Shown here piece after piece: positions 29,998 through 40,800 of a stretch of DNA of 64,000 nucleotides. Location: the IMG/VR virus record IMGVR_UViG_3300028844_006632; one strand, given 5' to 3'. How positions within the stretch are numbered: position 1 is the stretch's first letter; every line of letters begins with the position of its first letter. This DNA comes from an uncultured virus (IMG/VR IMGVR_UViG_3300028844_006632) (Duplodnaviria; Heunggongvirae; Uroviricota; Caudoviricetes). The notes beneath the pieces were generated by a model. The model saw only the letters and a list, made by a program, of their open reading frames with translations. It was not told the DNA's origin and made no database searches. The translations under genes and the position numbers were made by a program.

Positions 29998-29998
29998 A

Positions 29999-30520
29999 TT
30001 ATTTTAATAAATCTATACCATAATAAATATCAATTACAACATAAATCATGGGAATAATCACAAACATCGTAAAATTATACATAAAATGTAAAATTGAAGT
30101 GCTTAAAAATCCATATATATAATTTCTTTTTTCGTAATATAAATAATAATTCCAAGAAAAAGCAAGAGCAGGTAAAAATAACATAACAGGTGCGAGTATT
30201 CCGTTTACATAATGCGATACAGAAAATATTATCGCAACACATAAAATTATATTCGGAGGACGTACTTTGAATTTTGCGAAAACAATCGTAAGAAATGAAT
30301 TATATAATAGTGTTTCAAACCACGGAGCAAAAAATAAAGCATCAATCAATAAACTTAAATCTTCTTTTATAGTAAATGATTCAAGCATTCCTATAAAACT
30401 CTCTGTGTATACTCTGTAAAAGAATAAAAAAGAAATCAAACTTATTGATAATAAGTAAAATACAATAAAACACGACCCGGGATTCCACTCACGAGTTTTG
30501 TTGTACATCAGTTCAAACAT
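29999..30520 (-). CDS. CPBP (CAAX-like) intramembrane metalloprotease-like protein
   Basis: Multi-pass hydrophobic. FAPWFETLLY (EExxxR degenerate), FSVSHY, HFMYN. Confidence 0.65.
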   Translation of the reverse strand: MFELMYNKTREWNPGSCFIVFYLLSISLISFLFFYRVYTESFIGMLESFTIKEDLSLLIDALFFAPWFETLLYNSFLTIVFAKFKVRPPNIILCVAIIFSVSHYVNGILAPVMLFLPALAFSWNYYLYYEKRNYIYGFLSTSILHFMYNFTMFVIIPMIYVVIDIYYGIDLLK

Positions 30521-30526
30521 ACAACT

Positions 30527-30555
30527 ATACTATATTAGAATTCAATAAAAAACAA
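30527..30555 (-). promoter_or_regulatory. Possible sigma70-type promoter (TTGTTT-17-TAGTAT), 6 nt before ATG
   Basis: Read directly; the -35 match is weak. Confidence 0.4.
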
Positions 30556-30565
30556 GCAGAATCGA

Positions 30566-30853
30566 CTAATTTAAAGAATTCCACTTTGGTGGATTGAGTG
30601 GGCATTTACTTGTTCCAAGTAGTAATTTTGCACTACTACAACCACATTTCTTGCATCGTGCGATTTTAGTTTGTGCAATTTCTTGCCACCAATCACAGGA
30701 TCTACAAATGCTTAAACGTTCGTTCCAAACTTTTTTATTAACCACAGGTCGTCCTGCGGTTTGCCAACTCTTCATCGCACTTATGAAGTTGCTTGCTACA
30801 GTTCCAAGGTCTGCAGGTTCTAATTTTTCATTTTCATCTTTGTTATTCTCCAT
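30566..30853 (-). CDS. Small Cys-rich protein, paralog of 29761..29997
   Basis: RLSICRSC...CKKCGC...KCPLNPPKW. Confidence 0.7.
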   Translation of the reverse strand: MENNKDENEKLEPADLGTVASNFISAMKSWQTAGRPVVNKKVWNERLSICRSCDWWQEIAQTKIARCKKCGCSSAKLLLGTSKCPLNPPKWNSLN

Positions 30854-30890
30854 AAATTTAAATATGGAATAGCACGATTTTTAAATTATA

Positions 30891-31304
30891 TTATACACTT
30901 TGCAGTAGTTTTTCTCGGTGTTTTTCCGAAAATTTATTTAAATCTATTTTATTACGAGATTTAAAGTTTTTAATACCTATTTTAGAAGCACTTGTAAATC
31001 CTTTATCTCTACATAATTCTATTCCAACAAAATCTGCTTCTGCTTCTTGTTGCTTGCTTCTGTAATTGCCGTGATGTCCTAATGCAATATGTGCAATTTC
31101 ATGTGCTTCTATAAACTGCAAATACTCTTTTTTAAAGTATCCATCGTTTTTAAGTTGAGTAACATCCATGAAGATGTGATTATCGGCAACGAACGCATAT
31201 CCATGAATTTCAAAAAATTTTTTAAGAGTATCGTACTTTTCATCACCCTCGCTTAAAAAAACAACTTTTATTGAACTAGCAAACTTACTTGGTTTTATTT
31301 TCAT
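30891..31304 (-). CDS. HEXXH zinc metallopeptidase-like protein (ImmA/IrrE or M48-like)
   Basis: AHEIAHIALGH...QQEAEAD. Confidence 0.7.
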   Translation of the reverse strand: MKIKPSKFASSIKVVFLSEGDEKYDTLKKFFEIHGYAFVADNHIFMDVTQLKNDGYFKKEYLQFIEAHEIAHIALGHHGNYRSKQQEAEADFVGIELCRDKGFTSASKIGIKNFKSRNKIDLNKFSEKHREKLLQSV

Positions 31305-31322
31305 TTTTATAATCTTACCATT

Positions 31323-34300
31323 TTAACAATCACCAAGCAATATATTTTTTCCTCCGTATGTAAATTTTTCTATTCCTTTTTGTGATTTCACAAAATAAAT
31401 ACTACCAGGATACATTTTTAACAAAGACTTAGGTTGTAATTCTAAAGGCATATCCTTATGCCAAGAATGACAGAAACCATTTTTTATACAAATTACTTCC
31501 TCGATTCCATCGATATCTTTTATATTTTCTGAAATCAATTCTCCGCACTTATTAGAATATAAAACCATTTCTTTTAAATCCTGTTTTATGTCTTTTGTGG
31601 GAGACGGTGTTGGGGTCGGTGTGCAACTTCCATATACATTAATTGTACCACGCATATGTGCGTGTTCTCCACATTGGTATTGATATTTGTTGATTGTTTC
31701 ATCACACGGCACTTTCCATGTTAAAGAGTATGTGTGATCCTCCGTTGGACCTTCGGTTAAGTCTGTTTTTACTACATCAGTACGTGGTGTTCCGTGGTTG
31801 CCATCATTACGAAATTCAGTTATTTTTACAGGATGTGAAAGAATATTAGGTTCATCACCATCTACGAATATTTTTAATATAGATCCTCGTTCAACATTTA
31901 TACAACCAAACAAACCACCATTACCATTAGAATCACTCGTAGTATACTTAAATGTACTCGTACTCGTTGATGCATCAAATTCAGAAGATACTGTTATAGT
32001 AACTGGTGACGAAACACATTCGTTATTTTTTTGTGTTGGAGTCGGTGTTGGTTTGCCCGATTGGGAATCGGTTTGTGTAGGTGTTGGAGTCGGAGTGGGT
32101 GTTGGAGTCGGTGTTGGTGTGTGTGATTGGGAATCGGTTTGTGTAGGTGTTGGAGTCGGAGTGGGTGTTGTGTAGGTGTTGGAGTCGGAGTGGGTGTTGG
32201 AGTCGGTGTTGGTGTGTGTGATTGGGAATCGGTTTGTGTAGGTGTTGGAGTCGGAGTGGGTGTTGGAGTCGGTGTTGGTGAGGATGGATTACTTGCAAAT
32301 GAACTATCGGTCACTTTAAATAATTTAATTTTAGAAGTATACCCATTTGTCGCACTGATGACCACATCTGCATATGTGGAACTACTTGATACATAAGAAT
32401 CTGATTTTTGGATTTTACCATCACTACTCAAAGTTATACCATTCGGTAGGTTTCCATCAAACAAAGAAAAACTCGTAGCAAACGGAACTTCTTCACGGGT
32501 CGTTGATAAGTTTACACTACTAAGTAAATCATCCTCGGAATCAAAATTTAAATCAATAACATCGTTTGTTGGCCAGTTTACATTGTATACTTGATAAGGA
32601 TTAAATGCACACAAATTCTTTGTTTCTTCTATTTCCTTTATATAAACATAATAATCATCAGGACGACTGACTCCTGATTGTTCTATAATCTTTATACGAT
32701 TGATGGTTGAGTCTGTTTGCCATTCTTTGATTCCATCGGTAAATCCGTGTGTATTATTCAATTTACCAATTTTTATTGATATATTTACATTGCTTAATGC
32801 CAAATCAGAATTTGTATAATCTCCGTTGATTCTTGGTTTAATCACCAGTTCGGTACTTGATTTTGAAGTAACTCTCCACCAAGCATCGTTTATTACATTT
32901 ATAGAATCATAGAATGATGTAAATTCTGGATTACCTGTTACATTAAATTGTATATATTCATTTGCTACAAATGGTAATGGATTTTCCGCAAATTTAAAAC
33001 TTAAGGTAGAATTTGATTTTGTCCACGTAATAGTTGCAGTTAAATCTGTATACTCTGTGTATTTAAATAAATTTGTAAGTTGATTTTTTGTTGCAATGCT
33101 CGTCATCCAATTTTTTGCCTGAACAGGAGTTTGATTAGGATTTGCCTCAAGATGCATACTTAGTAGTCCCGCAACAATCGGTGCGGAAAAACTTGTTCCG
33201 TTTGCAGGATAATATGTAACATACCCTCTCAGTTGTGATGTACTTACACTTGTTGTATCCCATGCAGGTACCAATAAACTTCCACCAACTGCATTTATGG
33301 TATTACCCTCACCATAGTTACTAAAATAAGACATTTTCGTAAGGTCTGTTCCGTAATATGCACTATCAGCATTTGATGCTCCTACTACAATTACTTCTCC
33401 TTGCCCTGCATCGAAATTCGTTTCTGTTCCTTTTGGTAAATTAAGTGAACCATTTGCATATCTAGACATCATGCATCCAATAAGTGAATCAGTTCCATTG
33501 AATCCGTTTCCGGCTGCAGTAACTACATGAATTCCACTCGCAACTGTTTGTTTAATTGCATCTAAATAAGCATTATCACCTGTATCATTGGTGTTTGTTT
33601 TATCCATTTCAACCGTTGGATTGCTTACACTTGGTGAAATACCCAAACTAAGATTTGCAATCATCGGATTTTCAGATGTTTTTTTAATTTCAATTAAATA
33701 CTCAAGAGCAGTAACAATATTCGCAATGCTTCCTGACGATTGTGAGTTTAGGACTTTCATTGAATATAAATTTACATCAGGAGCAACTCCATATAATTCT
33801 CCTGCGATTAATAATGCGGTTGTTGTTCCGTGACCATTATTATCTTCATCGTTTGTTCCATCTACATTTATTCCCCACGAAGTCTTTTTGACTTTTCCTT
33901 GTAAAAAAATATTATTTGAATTTATACCCGTATCAAGAACATAACAATCCACATTTTTTCCTGTGCGAGTTGTATCGTATCTGTGATTACTTTCAGTTTT
34001 CGTGTAATCTTGTTTATTTAAAATTTCAAGATGAGACCTATATTCAGTTTTTCCTGATAATTCTGCTATTAATGTATCACCATGTGCAGTAATTTCTGTG
34101 GGTTTAATGTGTTCAACACTATTATTGTTTAAATTATATGGTACACCAAGTGATACTATTTTATCAAGATTTACATAAGAAACTTCTTCCTTTTCTTTAA
34201 TATAATCAACATCAATTCCGTCTTCAAGTTCTATTACAACTAATTTAAGATTAACAAGAATTCTTATTACACGAAACTTGCTATCCGATACAAAACTTTG

Positions 34301-34339
34301 AATACTCTCACTCGTTTTTAATTTAACTAAATATCTCAC
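31323..34339 (-). pseudogene. S8 (subtilisin-like) serine protease, PT linker and cupredoxin-like fusion, frameshifted in this sequence
   Basis: Catalytic VLDTGI, GHGT, AAGN and NGTSFSAP in 31994..34339. A 29-bp tandem duplication (32142-32170 = 32171-32199) shifts the frame. Removing one copy gives an open frame through 31323..31913 (SHPVKI...YQCGEHAHMRG), 995 aa in total. It could be an assembly artefact. Confidence 0.75.
32059..32280. repeat. 66-bp tandem repeat (22-aa unit SHTPTPTPTPTPTPTPTQTDSQ), about 3 copies, containing a 29-bp duplication
   Basis: Units start with gattgggaatcggtttg at 32059, 32125 and 32220; spacings are 66 and 95 bp. Confidence 0.9.
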
Positions 34340-34366
34340 ACAATATAAATATGAAATTAGTAAATA

Positions 34367-34840
34367 TTAAAAGTGTTCTTTGGTGATTCCGAATAAATTT
34401 CCGTAAGTATTGTGATAGCAGTTATAGCAAACAATCTCAAGATTCTCAAGAATATGATTGCTTCTGTCTCCGTCACGAAACGCAAGTACAAGAGGAATTT
34501 TGTTATCTGTAATTCTTGCTTCTTTAAATCCACACACTTCACACTCCTGTGCTTTAAGTTTACTTGCAAATAATTTTTTTCGTAAACGATGCGTTGGATA
34601 TCCGGGATGCATTCCCATTAGAATCTCTTCAAGTGGGTATTTTCCACGATATGGATTATGAACTTTCGGTAGTCCAGAAGCATCTACACATTTGCATCTA
34701 TCTAGTATACCATATAATTTAGCATACTTTTTATATGTATTGTAACTTACATTTAATTTTCGTGCAGCCTCAGCAGCCGATACACTTACGTCTTGAATCG
34801 CACGAATCTCACTTTCCATTAAAGGTCTTTGAAGTCCCAT
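34367..34840 (-). CDS. HTH plus degenerate HNH-like zinc-binding protein
   Basis: SAAEAARKLNVSYNTYKKYA (HTH); CEVCG...LVLAFRDGDRSNHILENLEIVCYNCY. Confidence 0.75.
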   Translation of the reverse strand: MGLQRPLMESEIRAIQDVSVSAAEAARKLNVSYNTYKKYAKLYGILDRCKCVDASGLPKVHNPYRGKYPLEEILMGMHPGYPTHRLRKKLFASKLKAQECEVCGFKEARITDNKIPLVLAFRDGDRSNHILENLEIVCYNCYHNTYGNLFGITKEHF

Positions 34841-34870
34841 ACTCTATAAATATATATATATTTATATTTT

Positions 34871-37800
34871 TTAAGGAAATGTTGGACCACTTGAATTGAA
34901 GTCTGAATTTTTCATATCAATGATTTTATTTACATCCAAATCATCAATTAATTTATTGTATACTCTAAAATCTGCTATTACGCAATTAGAACCACCCCCA
35001 ACACTTAGATTACTTACACGAGTCCAATCAATGTGAAAATCATGGTTGTCTATTTTATTCTCAATTTTTACCACATTATTTCCTGTTAGTTCGTGTAATT
35101 GTATACTAAATTCACCTGTATCTGTTTTTTGTATCTCAGTTGGTTCTTTCAATACCACAATGGAACGAGAACCTCTCCATGATTTAATATACAAATCAAA
35201 CTCTGCAAATGGATGTTTTCCGTTGTATGTCCAAATTGCACCTTTGCGTGTTTTTTGAAGATACCAAATTCTCGTTCCATACGCATAATTGTTATATCTT
35301 GTATTGTAACTAGATAACTTACTTGGCAACTCAATTTTGATTCCAATATAATCAAAGAAATCAACACCTAGTTCTTTTATTAAATGTTTATTCGCAATCA
35401 AATGTTCAAGAGTAAGCATCTTTGAGTTATATCCTTTGCTCGTATTATCACCCAAAGCAGTTTTCTCCACCATACTTGGATTCACCCCAAAGTTATATGT
35501 TTTTGGAGTTCTTGCATAAGAATTTTTAAGAATTTGCGTAGACTGCTTTACTAAATATTTTCTCGCACCATACCAAGATTTAATATAAAGATTATGTGAT
35601 TTAAATGGATTTTTTCCTCCGTATGTATGAATTAAACCACCAGTTCCGATTTGCAAGTAATATGGTCGTTTTAAACGAGAACTTTGATTATACATAAATT
35701 CAGTTGCAGTTCCACCGATTGTACTTAGTTTTCTTGGATTCTTTACAAGTATTCCAATATTATTTAATCCTGTTGGAGTTAGTTTTTCAATTATCGTTGG
35801 ATTTTCAATTAAATCCTCTATATAAACAAACTCTGTTGATTTTGCACCGTCATAATCTTTTTTAATTGTATCCAAGAATGTAGATGTAGTAATTTTAGTT
35901 AAATCATAATTGCTCTTGGTTTGTACATAGTCTGTTCCTTCTTGCACAACTTCAACCGAAGATTGCTCTGTTGGTTTTTTGTATTTCAGTACAACAAAAT
36001 ATGTGCTATTAACATCTAATCTTGATACAAGTTGTTGTGGTTTTTTATATGCACCACCATCAATATACAAACTCGTTCCACTTGATGCCACAGGATAATC
36101 AAAATAACGAAGTAACGAACCTTGTTTATCTTGTGTATTTTTAAGTGTAAACATTCTAAAGAAATCAGATTGCTTTTGATTAAAAGCAAATACACCCTGT
36201 GCGTTTTTCATTATATTTGTTGTATCAAAATTTTTAACCAAGTTTTCTTCCAATGGTTTATAGAAAAATGATACTGAGAAATCGTTTACCTTTGGATCTA
36301 TTTTTGTATCTACATACAAATAAGGTGGTCCTCCTTCGGTTGGAGATATATTTTGTTGTAATTCTACACCACGAATATACTTTTCACGTTCCCCAGATTT
36401 AGATACCTTTATGTTTTTAACATGAGGACTTTTATCAAAGAAAACATTTTTAGTATTATGAACAAGACCTACATATTTGTTTCCAGAAACTGCGGTATTT
36501 GGTAACGACATTGAGTTAGCGTGCCAACGAATCACTAGATTTTCATCTTGTATATTTACATTCTTTGGAGCGGATTCATTTACAATTACCGTTATTCCTT
36601 CGTTTTTCCATCCTGCGGGTGTTGGATTATGAACAAACGGACTTACTTCCCACGGATACTCACCTTGTGGTTTATTTCCACTACACAATTCTCGTTCTTT
36701 CCCTGAAAATGCAGTATTCCAATTCCATTTATCGTTTTCATACCAAATAAACGCATTATCAGATTTAAATGTTCCTCTCCAATATGGTTTTGAGTTTTTG
36801 AATCCCTCGGGACTATATACCGCAGGAGCAGTTGACGAATATTGAACACTTATATCAGGAACATTAGCAAGTGAATCACTTGTTTTTGTTATTAAATACT
36901 TTCTTTTACCTGGCCAAGATTTTACATATAAATTATATTTTTGAAATGGATGCTTTCCATTGTATGTATGTTTATATCCGTTTGTATTTAATTGTAAATA
37001 AAACGGACGATTTATACTTGTATCGTAGTAATATGTGTTATTGTGACCACCCAAATCTTTTGCTAGTTTTTTAGGTTCTCGTATAAGAATACCTGCATTA
37101 TTAAAATACGCCGCACCTAAACTTTGAATAACTGCTTCATCTTCTATTAAATCTTCAAGATACACAGGTGTAATTTTTGATAACTTATCGTCTGTTGCAA
37201 GTGCTGATATAAATGTGCTTGTTCCTGTGGAAAGTGGATCGTATGTTCCCTCTGTTAAAGTATATTCTGATTTTGCATTTTCAATTTCACTTGCAGAAAT
37301 CACCGGTTCAGGTTGTTTCTTGGTGGTAATCGAACACGACTGAATTCGTGTGCGTAGTGTTGGTTTTCCATTACACCCACCAAGCAGACCTTCAAACAAT
37401 AAAAATCTTACATTATTGAAATCCTGTGTTGTAACTTCACTTCCAAGGTTACCATCCATTTGAAACGCATAAAACGGACAACACACACAATTTCTCCATG
37501 TATGTGTTCGTTTGCGAATTGAATTTAAACTTGATTTTGTAGAATATTGCATAGAAACACGATTCGTAGATGTATTACGACTTCCACCTGCACTTCCAAA
37601 ACTCATTCCATCGGGAACAAAATTAATATTTATTTTAGAACCTTTTGGAATATTAATAGGTTGTTTTAATGCAATAACAAATTGATAAACAAATCCACCA
37701 CGACCACCTGGTTCATAAAGTTGTGGATAATTTGAAGTTTTAATGTTTTTGTCGTAAACGAAATCATAATAGTTAGTATTTGCATTTAATTTCAAATAAT

Positions 37801-40800
37801 CATTTTTCTCAGGATTAATTGCTTTGTCAAAATCACCTGTAATCGTTGCAATTCGTTTTCGTTGGTTATATAATCCTGTTTGAGTAAAGTCTATATTTTC
37901 CATTTTTAAGAGACTTATATCTTGCTTTACTTCCATTGCTTTTACCGTTGGAGTGGGGGTTGGTGGTAAATCACCTATTTGACAATTAGAAAGAATAGGT
38001 GGAATTACATATGTGTATGTTATTTCACAATCTTTATTTTTAGACTGACATTCAGGATCTTCAATTACTTTTGAATGAAATGATATATCGACTCCGTTTC
38101 TTTTTACCTCTTCACGAAGGACCTCACCAGGTGATGCTTTAAAGTTTCTAATGAAATGTAAATTTGGATCACCTTCTATTAGTTTAGGTTTATCAAGTGT
38201 AATAAGTTTTTCTGTAAATGATTGTATTTTATCAGATTTGTTTATCTTTTTAACAAAATGATTTTCCGCAACTAATCGTGCTGATTGTTCTCCGTCTTTC
38301 AAGTAAATTTCATAGTATAAAGTAATCATACACTCATTATCATCAAGTGTAGGAGTAGGAGTTGGTGTGGGAGTCGGTGATGGAGTCGGTGTAGGTGTTG
38401 GTTCTTTTTCAATATTTGCAATTGTTTTTGGAATCTTTACGGAATAAACTGCACCTACATTGTCACCCTTATCATCATCACCATACGCACCAACCAATGC
38501 AAAATCTTCAGACATATCTATACTACTTCCAAATAAATCGTTTGCATCTAATCTGTCAGGAAACAATCTTCTGATTTGATCTAGTTTCTCTCCTGCAAGA
38601 GTATACATATAAACACTACCACCATCGTCTTTTTCATTATCATCACGATAAGCAGAAACAAGCAATCTGTTGTTATACACTTTTACTTGATAACCGAACT
38701 GAGTATTTGCGTTTCTTTCCTGATTAGGATATATTGTATCAAAGTGTCTCCATTCAGTTCCGAATCGTTTATAGATATAAACTGCCCCTGAATTTGTTCC
38801 GTGTGATGCTTCTCCGTGACAACCCACGAGTGCAGTATTTTTATGCACCGAAACAGAAAATCCGAAGTAAGCATTTGTTTGCTTACCTGGATGATAATCT
38901 TTTGTAAGTAAATCAAACTTACCATCGGCTGCTAGTCTATAAAAGTAAACCGCACCAGATTTTGTTGCAACTGTTGGATCACCCCATGCTCCTATTACCA
39001 AGTCTTTGCCACTTATACAAACACTACGACCAAAATAGTTTTGATTTTTGCTAGTTGATGTAGGTTCTAGTCTTTGTATTTGTTCGAATTTAGAATCTTT
39101 GTCTTTTCGTTTAAATACCCAACACGCACCCGTATGAGCAGAAGTATGAGTATATGCACCTACTACGATTATATCTCCGTCAATAGAAACACTTTGGCCA
39201 AAATTTGCACTATTAGTTACTTCATCAGTTACAAGAGTTTGAAATAAATCCCAACGATTTGTATATTTGTAAACATACACAACACCTGCTTGACTTTTCG
39301 TTACCCGTCCAATTGTTTGATTTCCGTTGAATGCACCGATTACCGCAGTATCTCCATTTATATCCACACTTCCACCAAAATACGCAGAGTTATGTTTATC
39401 AGGATTTGTTATTTGCTGAATATGATTCCATCCATCTGATAATTTAAAAGAAAATGGATTATGTAATTTAGTTTGTACATCAAAATCCGATTTGTATAAT
39501 GCTTTTCTTGTGATACGTATATCTTGCATGAATCCAATAAAACTTTTTGGATAGTATCTATCGTCTCTGTCACGTACAAGTATTCTTCCTATTTTAATTT
39601 TATACGGACAATTATTTGCTGATATATTTCCAATGGTTTGTACATCTTTTTGTTTACCATTTAAATACAAATATAATTTTCCGTTTGTACGAACAAACGC
39701 ATAATGAAACCAAGTATTGGGTGATATTGTGTTTACACCTGTGGTAAGTGCAGTCTTTTTACCTTTACTATGAAATAAATAAGCAGTTATACTTCGGTTT
39801 TTCTGAATACTAATTGAAAATGATGTAAGATGATCACCTCCTGTTGTATGATGATTAATCAATGTAGTTGTGTGATTATAGTTTCGTGTTTGTAATGAAG
39901 TATAATTAAACCACCCCTCGATTGTAAAATCGTCTGCTCCTAGATTATATAACTCCGAATCGGGTAATGTTAAATAACTTGTTCCGTCAAATCCTATGCT
40001 ACTCGTTGCACCAAGATTCTTTTGACTTGAAACGTGTTTCAGTTGGCCTACATTTGTAACTGTTCTTGAATGTACACTTATGTCCTTAAACGAAGAACTA
40101 CCATTAGTATTATTACTTTGAATGTGAAGTAGTGTATCCTCGGGTGTAATTACTTCACCTCCTTCTAATGGTTTGGTTGTTTCAATGATATTTTTTATGA
40201 TATATTTCTTTGCTCCATACCATGATTTAATATATAAATTATACTTTGAAAACGGATGCTTTCCTGTGTATGTATGTGTTAAACCCTTTTTACCGAATTG
40301 AAGATAATATGGTCTTTTGAGATTAGATCGTTGATCATAAAAATACTCGTTTGCAGTTCCACCAATTGTGCTTAGTTTCTGTGGTTCACGGATAAGAAAC
40401 GAAACATTATTCATAAGTGCAGGACTTATATTATCTATAATTCCATTGTCATTAATTAAATCTTCTAAATAAACAAACTCAATTTCGTTTGGATAGTCCG
40501 CACGAATTGTATCTTTGAATTTACTTGCTCCTATGCTTAATACATCATAACTTTGTTCAGTAACTTCATATACCATTTCTTTGGCAAGTTTGTATCGCAG
40601 AAAATAAGCACCACCTGTGTATGTGTTTACAAGTTTTGAACCAAGTGTTGTTGATAAATTAGGTGTTCCTACTACTGCATGATCTTCATACATCGCAACT
40701 GCATCACCAAATTTTGCGTTGTCCCGGGGAGCATCACTTGGAACAATTTTTTGAACAATCTCAGGAGTTCCACGTACATCAAAGTCACCTTTAAATTCAC

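Noticed and set aside
32059..32280. Possible CRISPR array
   Set aside because: These are contiguous tandem repeats without unique spacers and they encode a PT linker; no cas genes are present.
31798..32396. Plus-strand ORFs rich in VGVGVG (also 16934, 20042, 40980, 60196, 61999) and the other short plus-strand ORFs inside long genes
   Set aside because: They are antisense shadows of Pro-Thr linkers and of long minus-strand genes, with no independent signals.
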